In this document: positions 21,491 to 31,198 of the stretch, piece after piece
Position numbering within the stretch: position 1 is the stretch's first letter
Layout of the letters: each line of letters starts with the position of its first letter
Source of the DNA: an uncultured delta proteobacterium
Lineage (GTDB): Bacteria; Myxococcota_A; Polyangia; Polyangiales; Polyangiaceae
Assembly (NCBI GenBank): GCA_963806225.1
Contig: CAWDXG010000001.1
Coordinates: 1,568,001-1,632,000 of the forward strand
DNA length: 64,000 bases
Direction: 5' to 3'
Notes under the pieces: model-generated
The model's input: only the letters and a program-made list of their open reading frames with translations
Told to the model about the DNA's origin: nothing
Databases searched by the model: none
Position numbers and translations under genes: made by a program

Positions 21491-23319
21491 GTGCGCGGCG
21501 ACACGGGGGTCGGTGCCTTATCCGGTCCGGCTGCCAGTCCGCCTTCCCGGCGGTCGGCATACCCGTAGGCGACGCCGTCCGCGATCAGGATGTTGTTCGC
21601 GTCGCCGATCGGGATGCGCTTCTTCGAGAAGCGGTGCCCCATCTTCTCGAGCGCGTGCTTCACGCCAGAGGAAATGGGCCGCGCGCGCTCGTCGCGCACC
21701 TCGTCGGGAGCGAAGCTGCCGTGGATGCGAGGAGCGTCGACCGCCTTGTCGATCGTCATGCCGTAGTCGACGACATTGCGCAGCACCTGGACCACGGTGC
21801 TCGGGATCGTGTCGCCTCCGGGCGAACCCAGCACCAGCACCGGCGAGCCGTCCCGCAGCACCAGCGCGGGCGCCATCGAGCTCAGCGTGCGGCGCCCGGG
21901 CTTCGGGAGGTTGTCGCCCGCGGTGGAGAACGACGCGATCGAATTATTGAGCACGACGCCCGTGCCGGGCGCCATGATCTTCGCGCCGAAGCCGGCGGAT
22001 AGCGTGGTCGTGCAGCTGACGACCATGCCCTCGGCGTCCACGACCGAGAAGTGCGTCGTGTGCGCGGATTCGATCTCCTTCAGCGCCGCGGGGTACAGCG
22101 GGCTCACCTCTGCCGACGGCGTCGCGTGCTCGCGATCGATGGGAAGGCGTGCGAGCAGGCCTCTTGCGTCCAGCCAGCGGCCGCGCCGCTGCTGGCGCTC
22201 TGCCGGCGTGAGCGCGTCGGGATCCACCACGCCGAAGCGGCGATCCGAAAGCGCGCGCCGGGAGGTTTCGATGAACAGATGCAGCTCCTCGGCGGAGCCT
22301 TCCGGCTCCTTCCAGACCTGGAGCCTGTCCAGCATCTCGAGCTCCTCGGCGACAGCAACGCCCCCGGCCGAGGGCGGCGGCATGATCACCACCTCGAGCC
22401 CGTGGTAGCGGACGCGCAGGGGCTTGCGGAGCTTCGCCTGGTAGCCTGCGAGATCTGCGAGTGACAGGAGGCCGCCGTGGTGCATCGCACCCACCAGACC
22501 ACTGGCGGTTGCGCCTCGGTAGAAGCCGTCCCGTCCCGCGCTTGCGATCCGCTCGAGTGTCTTTCCGAGCAGCGGGCGTTTCAGCAGCTGCCCGGCGGCG
22601 ATGGGCTTGTTGTCGTGGCTGAACGTAGCCCGGGACGCGCGGTCGTGAAGCAGCTTGGCCCAGTTCCAGTGCACCGTGAGCGCCTCGCGCTGTCCGACGC
22701 GGTGACCCTTCTCTGCCAGCGCGATCGCGGGCGCCATGACCCGCTTTCGCGGCAGGCGTCCGAAGCGCTGGTGCGCGAGCTCCAGTCCGGCCACGGTTCC
22801 CGGCACGCCCACCGACGCCGGCCCGGTTGCGCCCGACGCGATCATCTGGTCGAACTTCTTCTGGGTGAGCGCGTGAGGCGCGGTCTCGCGGAAATCGATA
22901 GCTGTGGTGGGACCGCCTCCGGGCCGGACCAGCATGAAGCCGCCGCCGCCGAGGTTGCCTGCGCTCGGGTGCGTGACCGCGAGCGCGTAGGCGACCGCCA
23001 CTGCGGCGTCGACGGCGTTGCCCCCCGCTTCCAGGACACCGACTCCGGCGCGCGTTGCCTGCGGCTCGACGCTCGTCACCATCCCGTACTTGCCTCGTAC
23101 CGCCCGCTTGCCGCCGGCGTGGACCGCGGGCGGGGGCGGGGTCGACGAGGCGGCCGGCGGCGCCGACGCGGGCGCCGATGCCGGCACGGCCGCGGAACGA
23201 GTCGGAGCCGGCGCGCTCGCTGCGCTGCGGGCCGAGGACTCGTGCTCGGGAGCGCCCGACGGTGCGCGGTGGCACGCCGCGCAGGCGAGGAGCGGCGCGA
23301 GCGCCCAGGCGCGCTTCAT
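21484..23319 (-). CDS. ggt: Gamma-glutamyltranspeptidase-family Ntn hydrolase, lipoprotein, with altered substrate pocket
   Basis: Lipobox LACAAC, GGNAVDAAVA, NLGGGGF, DFRETAP, nucleophile H-TTHFSVVD, LSSMAP, GSPGG. Confidence 0.9.
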   Translation of the reverse strand: MKRAWALAPLLACAACHRAPSGAPEHESSARSAASAPAPTRSAAVPASAPASAPPAASSTPPPPAVHAGGKRAVRGKYGMVTSVEPQATRAGVGVLEAGGNAVDAAVAVAYALAVTHPSAGNLGGGGFMLVRPGGGPTTAIDFRETAPHALTQKKFDQMIASGATGPASVGVPGTVAGLELAHQRFGRLPRKRVMAPAIALAEKGHRVGQREALTVHWNWAKLLHDRASRATFSHDNKPIAAGQLLKRPLLGKTLERIASAGRDGFYRGATASGLVGAMHHGGLLSLADLAGYQAKLRKPLRVRYHGLEVVIMPPPSAGGVAVAEELEMLDRLQVWKEPEGSAEELHLFIETSRRALSDRRFGVVDPDALTPAERQQRRGRWLDARGLLARLPIDREHATPSAEVSPLYPAALKEIESAHTTHFSVVDAEGMVVSCTTTLSAGFGAKIMAPGTGVVLNNSIASFSTAGDNLPKPGRRTLSSMAPALVLRDGSPVLVLGSPGGDTIPSTVVQVLRNVVDYGMTIDKAVDAPRIHGSFAPDEVRDERARPISSGVKHALEKMGHRFSKKRIPIGDANNILIADGVAYGYADRREGGLAAGPDKAPTPVSPRTQ

Positions 23320-24116
23320 TGCGGGCGATCCTCGATGCTGCGAGGCAGCGCCCGTGTTTCCGACGAGAGCAGTGCCGGCGCGCGCGGCTCGAACACCGCG
23401 CCCCGTCGTCCCGAGTGCTCGTAGAGCTGCCAGCGCAGATGCACCGCGGACAGCTCTGCCACGACCAGCGCAGGGATCAAGCCCACTCCGCACAGCAGGG
23501 CCCCGGCAGCGAGCAGCACCACGAGAGCGGGCGCGAGCAGCGCATAGCCAACCAGCGCCCGGACGCCCGTGCGCCGCGTATAGCGCCCGAGCCAGGCGCC
23601 CGACAGTACGTCGATGGGATCGGCGCCAAGCTCCAGACCGGTCACCGCCGAGCTGGCCAGCACCGTACCGACGGCTGCCAGCACCAACTCGGCCAGCGCG
23701 CCCAGGATGAAGAGGAGGGGCACGACGCTGCCGCTCGATGCGATCATCCCGGCCAGCCCGCCCAGGAAGAACAGCGCCAGTACGGCGTACGTCAGGAGTG
23801 CCAGCGCCGTGCCGGCCAGATAGGCCGTCAGGGCCGGCCGCCAACCGACGCGAAGGTAGTAGGCGAAGTCGCGGAGCGACGGACTGGGCACCGGCTCGGG
23901 ATGCCGCGCGCACAGCCGCCGTGAGGTCTCCGACAGCCAACCGGCGAGCGCTATCCAGCCCAGCACCGGCACGAGCTGCCAGAGCGACATCACGATCACC
24001 CGCCGGGCAGCACCCGGGCCCTCGAACGGAAAGCGCAACGCTGTGAGCGCGCTCGGGCGCGGTTGTTCCGCCGGACCCGGCGCCAGCGCATGCGGAACCC
24101 CGAGCTCGCTGGCCAT
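23316..24116 (-). CDS. DUF4013-like multi-TM membrane protein (paralog 2)
   Basis: ALRFPF...LVPVLGWIALAGW...P.P....FAYYL.G, similar to the upstream neighbour. Overlaps both adjacent genes. Confidence 0.65.
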   Translation of the reverse strand: MASELGVPHALAPGPAEQPRPSALTALRFPFEGPGAARRVIVMSLWQLVPVLGWIALAGWLSETSRRLCARHPEPVPSPSLRDFAYYLRVGWRPALTAYLAGTALALLTYAVLALFFLGGLAGMIASSGSVVPLLFILGALAELVLAAVGTVLASSAVTGLELGADPIDVLSGAWLGRYTRRTGVRALVGYALLAPALVVLLAAGALLCGVGLIPALVVAELSAVHLRWQLYEHSGRRGAVFEPRAPALLSSETRALPRSIEDRPQ

Positions 24117-24913
24117 CAGTATCCGGGGTATCCGGGGGGCGCCGGCGGCGCCTCCGAAGGCAGCGCGACCGGCGCCTTCAACGCGATCATCTCGCCGCCG
24201 TCGGCGAGGTAGCCCCGGTAGATCTGGAAGCGCAGCGCCACCGCAGCCAACTGCACGACGATCATCGCCGGATATGCCCCGAAGTAGCACAGCACCAGGC
24301 CGCACAGGAACAGTCCCGTGGCCACGAATCCGAACACGATGTACTTCCACATCACTGTCGTCCAGGTGGCGCGCGAGTACTGCATCAGCTGACTGAACGA
24401 CAGAGCCTGCCCGATGTTCTCGGTCAGCTCCGCGCGTGTCTCCGCCGCGTTCACCACGACGGACAGCACTAGAAAGGCGCAGAGCCCGACCAGCGCGAAC
24501 ACCAGACCGAGCACGAGGAGTGCGACGTCCGCTCCGCCTGTGCGCTCGGCGACCACCACCGAGATGCCGCCGGCGACCACGAGCCCGTAGGTGACGAGCA
24601 GGACGGGCAGCGTCACGGCGAGCTGCACCAGGAACGGCGTGACGCCGCGCGACAGGTAGTGGCCGAAGTCGTTGAAATCGAGCTTCGGCATCGGTCGCGG
24701 ATGCCCGCGTACCAAGCGCTGGTGGATCTCGCACTTCCAGCCAGCGAGCGCGATCGGTCCGGCAACCGGGATCAGCAGGAACACGACGCCGAGCAAGACG
24801 CTCTTCGACCAGTCCGGGTCGCTGAACACCCACCGCACGGCGCCAAGCACCTTCACGCGCGTGTCCGCGCCGGGTGCGCCGGCTCCCGGCGCGATCAACT
24901 CCTGGCCCGTCAT
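24116..24913 (-). CDS. DUF4013-like multi-TM membrane protein (paralog 1)
   Basis: [31 protein letters not shown]...[17 protein letters not shown], with four TM segments. Confidence 0.72.
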   Translation of the reverse strand: MTGQELIAPGAGAPGADTRVKVLGAVRWVFSDPDWSKSVLLGVVFLLIPVAGPIALAGWKCEIHQRLVRGHPRPMPKLDFNDFGHYLSRGVTPFLVQLAVTLPVLLVTYGLVVAGGISVVVAERTGGADVALLVLGLVFALVGLCAFLVLSVVVNAAETRAELTENIGQALSFSQLMQYSRATWTTVMWKYIVFGFVATGLFLCGLVLCYFGAYPAMIVVQLAAVALRFQIYRGYLADGGEMIALKAPVALPSEAPPAPPGYPGY

Positions 24914-24994
24914 CCCGGCTGGAGTGTAGCGGATCCTGCCAGGGTCGTGAGTTCTGTGGGCGCAACGGCTCCGGGTCGTCTATCCTCGGGCGTC

Positions 24995-25519
24995 ATGAAC
25001 GAGCGTGATTTCGTGCCCATCAAGGTCGCCGTGCTGACGATCAGCGACACCCGCACCGAGGAGACCGACCGCAGCGGCGCCCAGGCGGTGGAGCTCTTGA
25101 CCGCAGCGGGTCACGAGATCATCGCGCGGCGCATCATCGTGGATGAGCAGGAGGCCATCAGCGCCCAGTTCGGCGAGTGGATCGTGGATCCCACGGTCAA
25201 CGTCGTGATCAGCACCGGCGGCACCGGCATCACGGCGCGGGACGTAACGCCCGAGGCGCTGGAGCCGCACATCACCAAGTCGATCCCCGGCTTCGGCGAG
25301 CTATTCCGTGCGCTCAGCTACGAGGAGATCACGACCAGCACGATCCAGTCGCGGGCGACGGCAGGCCTGTGTGGCGGTACGCTGGTGTTCGCGCTGCCGG
25401 GCTCGCCGGGGGCGGTTCGTCTGGCGCTCGAGCGCATCATCATTCCGCAGCTCGACTCCCGCACGCGCCCCTGCAACTTCGTCGAGCTGATGCCACGCAT
25501 CCGCGCCGGCGCGGGTTGA
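24995..25519 (+). CDS. moaB: Molybdenum cofactor biosynthesis protein B (MoaB/MogA family)
   Basis: [54 protein letters not shown]. Confidence 0.93.
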   Translation: MNERDFVPIKVAVLTISDTRTEETDRSGAQAVELLTAAGHEIIARRIIVDEQEAISAQFGEWIVDPTVNVVISTGGTGITARDVTPEALEPHITKSIPGFGELFRALSYEEITTSTIQSRATAGLCGGTLVFALPGSPGAVRLALERIIIPQLDSRTRPCNFVELMPRIRAGAG

Positions 25520-25581
25520 CGCCACGCTGTCGAATGCCGGCGCGGTTCATCCGATGTCCGGCTTCAGCGCGAAGCAGCCGG

Positions 25582-26565
25582 TCAGTGTTTCGCGATGACT
25601 GCCAGGCCGGGATCGCTCTCGGCCCAGGCCAGGAGGTCGCCCGAGGGCGCGGCGACGACGGGGACGCCGAGCGCGCGCGCCTCGCGGACCACGGTGGGCG
25701 CGCCTTCGCTGCGCGACGCGCTGAGCACCACGTCGGCAGCGGCAATCCACGCGAGCGCGTCGGGGCGAGGCCTTGCGCCGGTGAAGCGCACTCCGGGAAA
25801 CTCGGCCTGGAGGGCGGAGCGCTCGGGGCCGTCGCCGACCACCACCAGGGTTGCCGCGGGCAGGAGCTCGGCCGCGCGCAACGCGACGTCGACGCGCTTG
25901 TCGCGGATCAGGCGGCTGGCGATCACGATCAGGCGCTCATCCCGCGCAACTCCGAGGCGCCGGCGTGCGCGCAGCCGCGTCGGCGCGGCGGAAACATCGA
26001 TGGCGCAGGGCTCGACGCGGCTCACGTCGATGAGCTCCGGCAGCGTGGCGCGGGCGAGCCGATCGCGCAGCTCCGCCGACACGAAGCGGAAATGCGCACC
26101 GCGTCGCATGAGCGCCTTGATGATGGCGGTGCGGACGCCACGAGGCAGCCGCAGCAGCAATGCCACATCGCTGCCGTGTGCGACGACCTCCAGTGGCGCG
26201 CTGCTGGCGAGCGCCACGGGCCACGCGCTAGGCACCAGCCAGTGGGCGACGACGCGGTCGAAGGGACCCTTGTCCCTGAGCGAGCGCCGCGCTCCGATCA
26301 CGAAGCGCACGGCCCCGAGCGCCCGTTTCGGGCTTTCCCGCAGACGTAGCAGCGCTCCGGGGAAGCCGAACAGCCCGCTGTCGGGCAGCCACTCGACGTG
26401 CGGCTGGCTGATACCCAGCCCGCGCCCCGGCGCGATCACGGTCACGTCGTGGCCGCGCGCTGCCAGGGCCCGCGCCTCGGTCTCGACGAAGTGTCCCGCA
26501 GCATCGCCTTCACGCCTCGGATACGACGTGGTCAGGATGGCGACGCGCTGGCGTGGTTCGCTCAT
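25582..26565 (-). CDS. GT4 glycosyltransferase
   Basis: TTSYPR...AGHFV, HWLVP, HGSDV, VVGDGPER, and SEGAPTVVREA (E-x7-E). Confidence 0.88.
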   Translation of the reverse strand: MSEPRQRVAILTTSYPRREGDAAGHFVETEARALAARGHDVTVIAPGRGLGISQPHVEWLPDSGLFGFPGALLRLRESPKRALGAVRFVIGARRSLRDKGPFDRVVAHWLVPSAWPVALASSAPLEVVAHGSDVALLLRLPRGVRTAIIKALMRRGAHFRFVSAELRDRLARATLPELIDVSRVEPCAIDVSAAPTRLRARRRLGVARDERLIVIASRLIRDKRVDVALRAAELLPAATLVVVGDGPERSALQAEFPGVRFTGARPRPDALAWIAAADVVLSASRSEGAPTVVREARALGVPVVAAPSGDLLAWAESDPGLAVIAKH

Positions 26566-26568
26566 CGG

Positions 26569-26922
26569 CTACATCCGGGGCAGCTCGCCCATGGCTTCGA
26601 GCTCCTCGGCGCCGTGCTCGTCGAGCAGTTCGCCGAGCGCCCTCAGGTAGCGGAAGGAGTAGATGCCCGAGTCGTGGCCGTCGCCCCACTCGAACTGGAC
26701 GGCATAATTGCCGACCTGCTCGATGTTGCGCAGCTCGAGATTCCCGCCTGACTGGAAGACGAGGTTGCCCGAGTGGCCCTGGCAGCCTGCGCAGGGGCAG
26801 TAGCCGCGGAGAATCCGGTGTGGAAACGCGGACCTATGCCCGTCAGCCCAGCTGATCTCGAGCGTCCGGGCGCCGTGCGGCGCCTTGATCCCCGTCGGTC
26901 GCGTCCGCTTCGGATCCGCCAT
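26569..26922 (-). CDS. DUF971 / GBBH-like N-terminal domain protein
   Basis: LEISWADGH, LRGYCPCAGC, VGNYAVQFEWGDGHDSGIYSFRYLR. Confidence 0.88.
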   Translation of the reverse strand: MADPKRTRPTGIKAPHGARTLEISWADGHRSAFPHRILRGYCPCAGCQGHSGNLVFQSGGNLELRNIEQVGNYAVQFEWGDGHDSGIYSFRYLRALGELLDEHGAEELEAMGELPRM

Positions 26923-27019
26923 CGGGGCGCTAGCTTGGGGCAAAGGTCGGCCCCATGTCCAGCGCTGGAGGCACAAGGGTCTTGCAGTCCGGCCCGGCGG
27001 ATGTCATATCCCCGGCCCC

Positions 27020-27244
27020 TTGTCGAATCCCAGCGAATCAGTCCAGTGCAAGCCGCTCGAGGTCCAGGTCGGTGACAAAGGCATCGAGCGCGCGATCAAG
27101 CATCTCAAGCGCAAGATGGCCGCGGAGGGGATCCTGCGGGAGCTCAAGCGCCGCCGCCACTACATGAAGCCGTCGATCAAGAAGCGCAAGAAGATGAGCG
27201 AGGCGGCCCGCCGTCGTCGCAAGCGCCAGAAGATCGAGGCGTAG
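27020..27244 (+). CDS. rpsU: 30S ribosomal protein bS21 (start codon uncertain; TTG 27020)
   Basis: IERAIKHLKRKMAAEGILRELKRRRHYMKPSIKKRKK matches bS21. Confidence 0.93.
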   Translation: MSNPSESVQCKPLEVQVGDKGIERAIKHLKRKMAAEGILRELKRRRHYMKPSIKKRKKMSEAARRRRKRQKIEA

Positions 27245-27252
27245 AGCCCATC

Positions 27253-28425
27253 GTGGCTGGCGCGCAGCGCGGCCGGTCCACGAAGAGCGTGCACGCAGGC
27301 GAGCGACGCGACGCGACGGATGCGCTCGAGGCGCCGCTCGTGCTGTCCAGCGCCTTCGCGCTGGGGACGGCCGACGAAGCGGCCGCGGCCTTCCGGGGGG
27401 AAAACAGCCGCTACATCTACGGGCGCTGGCAGAATCCCAGCGTCGAGCAACTCGAGGCGAAGGTCGCCGCGCTCGAAGGCGCTGACGCTGCCGTGGCAAC
27501 GGCGAGCGGCATGGCGGCGGTCACGGGTGCGTTTCTGTCGTCGCTCCGCGCGGGGGATCACGCTGTAGCTCCGCTCGCCTGCTACGGGGAAACATCGCGG
27601 CTGCTGCGCGAGCGGCTGCCGGACCTCGGTATCACGACGAGCTTCGTCGACGCGACGCAGGTCGAGGAGTATCGCGCGGCGCTCCGTCCGGAAACGCGCG
27701 TCCTGTACCTGGAAACGCCGGCAAATCCGACGCTTTCGATCACGGACGTGGCGGCTGTCGTCGGCCTGGCAAGGGAGCGCGGCATCGCCGTGATCGCGGA
27801 CAATACGTTCGCGACGCCGTACGCGCAGAACCCGCTCGCGCTCGGCGTGGATCTGGTGCTGCACTCGATGACCAAGGCGCTCGGCGGTCACGGCGACGCT
27901 ATCGGCGGGGTGGTGGCGGGCGCGCACGAGCGGGTGGCGCGGGTGCGGGACCTGGTCGTGAAGGGCTTTGGCGGAGTGCTGGCCCCGTTCAACGCATTCC
28001 TCATCGCGCGCGGCATCCGCACGTTGGCGCTCCGCCAGGCGCAGGCCTGCGCCTCGGCCGGGCGTATCGCGGCGCATCTGGAGCAGCATGCGGCGGTCTC
28101 CCGCGTCTGGTATCCGGGTCTCGCGTCGCATCCGGGGCACGCCGTGGCCGCCCGGCAGATGCGTGCCTTCGGGTCGCTCGTGGCGTTCGAGCTAGCGTCG
28201 CTGGAGGCGGGGCGGCGCGTGCTTGAACGGGTCGAGCTGATCTCGCACGCCGTCAGCCTCGGCGATGTGCGTTCGCTCATCACGCACCCCGCCTCGACCA
28301 CGGCGTTCAGCATGCCCGCGGATCTGCGCCGCCAGGCCGGTATCGCCGACGGCCTCCTGCGCCTGAGCGTGGGGATCGAGGACGCCGACGACCTGCTGGC
28401 GGATCTGGATCACGCACTGGGATAA
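27253..28425 (+). CDS. Cys/Met-metabolism PLP-dependent lyase (methionine gamma-lyase / cystathionine gamma-synthase family)
   Basis: YGRWQNP, SGMAA, ETPANP, DNTFATP, HSMTK (PLP lysine), AVSLGD, LRLSVGIED. Confidence 0.9.
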   Translation: MAGAQRGRSTKSVHAGERRDATDALEAPLVLSSAFALGTADEAAAAFRGENSRYIYGRWQNPSVEQLEAKVAALEGADAAVATASGMAAVTGAFLSSLRAGDHAVAPLACYGETSRLLRERLPDLGITTSFVDATQVEEYRAALRPETRVLYLETPANPTLSITDVAAVVGLARERGIAVIADNTFATPYAQNPLALGVDLVLHSMTKALGGHGDAIGGVVAGAHERVARVRDLVVKGFGGVLAPFNAFLIARGIRTLALRQAQACASAGRIAAHLEQHAAVSRVWYPGLASHPGHAVAARQMRAFGSLVAFELASLEAGRRVLERVELISHAVSLGDVRSLITHPASTTAFSMPADLRRQAGIADGLLRLSVGIEDADDLLADLDHALG

Positions 28426-28513
28426 AGCGACGGGCACGGGCCGCCGCGACCGTCCGGCCGACAACATGCTGGAATCTTGGCCGTAGCAGGGGTGGTCGCT
28501 AGGTTCGGCTGTG

Positions 28514-29821
28514 ATGCCGGCTGCGACTGTGGAGGCCCCCAGGCACGAGATCGCCCGTCCTCCGGTGAGGATCCGCACCGTGTTGGCTGTCGGGCTGGTG
28601 TTCGCTGGCGGCTGGTGGGCGTATCCGCGGGCGCTGGCGGCCTGGCAGCTGCACACCGCGGCGACCACGCTGGCCGACTACGGCCTGTGCATGGTGGGGC
28701 CGACCGGTCCTTCGCTTCTGCGTGACAATCCGCCCGAGTTCCGGCGTCTGGTGCGCCGGCGTCTGGTGGCAGCCGGAGCGGACGAGCGACCCTTCGAGCG
28801 CTGCGCCAAGGCCGCGCGCGAGCTGACCGGCTCGGCGGAGGTCGCCCGCGCGCATCGGGCCACGGCGTGGAGCTTCGTCGAATACGGAGGCGCCGCGGCG
28901 GAACATCGCGGCGCCCTCGGCGTATTCGAGCTGGATGACCTGCGCGTCACCACGCGCCCCGTCGCGGAGCTGGCCAAGCACGCCTGGCCCTTCGCGCACG
29001 GCTACACCAAGCTGGTGAAGCCGTCGCTCAGCGCGTACGAAGCGGTGCATCCGGTCGAGCTGCCGCGCCCCGGCATCGGTCGCGGGTTGCCGGCGTGGCG
29101 CGCCCGCTACCGCACCGTCCGGCGGACGCGCGACGGCAAGCTCCTGCTCGCGGTGGGCCGCGCCGCCAACCTCAGCGTGTATCGCAGCGACGACGATGGG
29201 GTCGATTGGACGCCGGCTCCGGTGCGCTCCGGCGGCGTTGCGGGGTTTGCGGGACGCTGCTCCGGGCAGGGAAGCGAACACTCGTTCAGTTTCGGCCTGA
29301 GCGACGACGGCAGCCGTACCGCCGTCACCTCGTTCGGTCCCGACGGCGCGCCCGAGACGGTCGATCTGGCGCCGTCGAACCAGAGCGTGTTTGCCGCGGC
29401 CTGTGACGACCAGGCACTGGTTGCGGCGATCAGTCCGCACCGTTCGCGGGACGTGACGCTCCTCTTCTGCCCCTACCGCGACGCCTGCCACCCGATGGCG
29501 CTGCCCCGGTTCCGGGGCGTGGGTGCGCAGCCGCGCTATCCGCTGGACATCGCACGCATGCACGGCACCACGATCCTGGCCGTGACCATGCACGGCATCG
29601 TGCGCGTGGCCTCCACCCGTGACGACGGAAAGAGCTGGACGCCCTTCACCGTAGCCTACGATGAAGGCGCCCATCCTGGCGCACGCGCGCGCGTCAAGGT
29701 GCCGGGGCGCCTGCTCGCAATCGGCAAGCGCGTGCTGCTCTATGGCGGCTCGCCGCAGCCGTCCTGGACCTACTCCGTGCTCGCCTCCGACGACGACGGA
29801 GCGGCGTGGCGCAGGCCCTGA
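28514..29821 (+). CDS. Membrane-anchored protein with BNR/Asp-box repeats (probable beta-propeller)
   Basis: N-terminal TM and Asp-boxes SDDDGVDW, TRDDGKSW, SDDDGAAW. Start may be GTG 28511. Confidence 0.65.
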   Translation: MPAATVEAPRHEIARPPVRIRTVLAVGLVFAGGWWAYPRALAAWQLHTAATTLADYGLCMVGPTGPSLLRDNPPEFRRLVRRRLVAAGADERPFERCAKAARELTGSAEVARAHRATAWSFVEYGGAAAEHRGALGVFELDDLRVTTRPVAELAKHAWPFAHGYTKLVKPSLSAYEAVHPVELPRPGIGRGLPAWRARYRTVRRTRDGKLLLAVGRAANLSVYRSDDDGVDWTPAPVRSGGVAGFAGRCSGQGSEHSFSFGLSDDGSRTAVTSFGPDGAPETVDLAPSNQSVFAAACDDQALVAAISPHRSRDVTLLFCPYRDACHPMALPRFRGVGAQPRYPLDIARMHGTTILAVTMHGIVRVASTRDDGKSWTPFTVAYDEGAHPGARARVKVPGRLLAIGKRVLLYGGSPQPSWTYSVLASDDDGAAWRRP

Positions 29822-29823
29822 GC

Positions 29824-31098
29824 CTACGATCCGAGACAGCCGAGGTTCACAGCGACCTTCGCCCCCGAGTCGGCCTGGACGGTGTCGCAGGAGGCCTTGC
29901 AGAGCGTGATGGTCGTCGGGGTCTGGTTGTTGTCGTAGTACCAGCCGGCGCTGTTCCCGCATGCGCCGGCGCCGCTGACCTTGGGCAGACTCTGCGCCGT
30001 CTTCGTGCCGCCGGGCGTGTACTCCACGTTGACCTTGTTGGGGTCGATGATGCCGGCGTCGGTCGTGGGCATGTTGTACTTGCAGCCGAGCGCGCTCGAC
30101 TGGATGTTCTTCATCGCCTGCAGGAACTGTGACGAGCCGCCCGACGTGGCAACGTCGAATGCCGTCGTGCCGCTGGCCGCCGCCCAGCTGTTCAGGTTGG
30201 CCTTCATCGTCGTGTCGGGATCGATGCCGATCACGTAGGTCTTGATCGAAGGCGTGCCGGTGTAGGTGGACGAGACCACCGACTTGACGGCGGCTGCCGA
30301 TTCGGTGCAGCCCGGGTCACCCGGAATGCCGTCGGTAGCCAGCACGATGGCGACTGTGTGGGTGGGGTGGGAATTCTTGTAGCTCTTGGCGTACGTGCTC
30401 GCGCCCTGCATCGCCTCCACGGTGGGAGTGCCGACGCCGCTGACGGGCGTGTGCGCGTTCATCATGTTGACCAGCGAGAGGGCCTGTCCCGTGGCGCTAC
30501 CCGGAAGCGGCGCCATCGCGACCAACGGCGTCGCGTAGCTGGTCGAAGAGCATTCGTTCTTCGTGGGGTGCGCGAACAAGGTCAGCGCGGCGCCGATGCC
30601 TGCCGCGGTCGGGCTCTCGAAGAACTGCGTGAGCGCGCTCTTCACCGGTGGCCAACGCTGCGGGCTCGAGAGCACCATCGAGCCGGAGCGATCCAGCACG
30701 ACGTACAGGTCGAGGGGCAGCGGTTCGGCTTTCGCCGTCACCTCTGCGCAGGATGCGTCCGTGTTGAAGCCGCCGTCGTCGGCGGGACCGTCGTAGTTGA
30801 AGACGACATCGGGGATACCCGAGTCCTGCGATCCGCTCGCTCCGCTGCCGCCGCTGCCGCTCGCTCCGCTGCCGCCGCTGCTGCTCGCTCCGCTGCCGCC
30901 GCTGCTGCTCGCTCCGCTGCCGCCGCTGCTGCTCGCTCCGCTGCCGCCACTTCCCGTGGTGCCACCGGATGCGCCCACGCCGTTGCCGGCCGAGCCTCCC
31001 TGGTTGCCGCGGTTGACGGTGCCGCTGGTGCTGCCACAACCGACGACATAGCCGGTTGCCGCCACGATACAGGTCAAGCCAATTGCAAAGCGCTTCAT
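29824..31098 (-). CDS. vWA-domain lipoprotein with Gly/Ser linker and Cys-rich C-terminal domain
   Basis: Lipobox YVVGC, MIDAS DRSGS...TPT...ATDG, and GWYYDNNQTPTTITLC. Confidence 0.87.
   Translation of the reverse strand: MKRFAIGLTCIVAATGYVVGCGSTSGTVNRGNQGGSAGNGVGASGGTTGSGGSGASSSGGSGASSSGGSGASSSGGSGASGSGGSGASGSQDSGIPDVVFNYDGPADDGGFNTDASCAEVTAKAEPLPLDLYVVLDRSGSMVLSSPQRWPPVKSALTQFFESPTAAGIGAALTLFAHPTKNECSSTSYATPLVAMAPLPGSATGQALSLVNMMNAHTPVSGVGTPTVEAMQGASTYAKSYKNSHPTHTVAIVLATDGIPGDPGCTESAAAVKSVVSSTYTGTPSIKTYVIGIDPDTTMKANLNSWAAASGTTAFDVATSGGSSQFLQAMKNIQSSALGCKYNMPTTDAGIIDPNKVNVEYTPGGTKTAQSLPKVSGAGACGNSAGWYYDNNQTPTTITLCKASCDTVQADSGAKVAVNLGCLGS
30835..30948. repeat. 24-bp tandem repeat (~4.7 copies) encoding the SSSGGSGA linker
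   Basis: Unit GCTCGCTCCGCTGCCGCCGCTGC(T/C) repeated head to tail. Confidence 0.9.
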
Positions 31099-31105
31099 GC
31101 CCTCC

Positions 31106-31134
31106 AGTTTCGGCTGGATCGGGCTGCGCCGCAA
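31106..31134 (-). promoter_or_regulatory. Putative promoter of the downstream vWA paralog
   Basis: Minus strand TTGCGG-17 nt-GAAACT-7 nt-ATG. Same layout as upstream of the other paralog. Confidence 0.5.
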
Positions 31135-31198
31135 GCAGCCAGGCGAGGTGGGCTTTCCCGGTACCACCCCGCGGCGGCCCAGGCTGTTGTCCGCGCGA

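Noticed and set aside
27253..28425. Specific assignment as methionine gamma-lyase (mgl) or metB
   Set aside because: It has YGET rather than the YGCT of typical MGL, so specificity cannot be determined from sequence.
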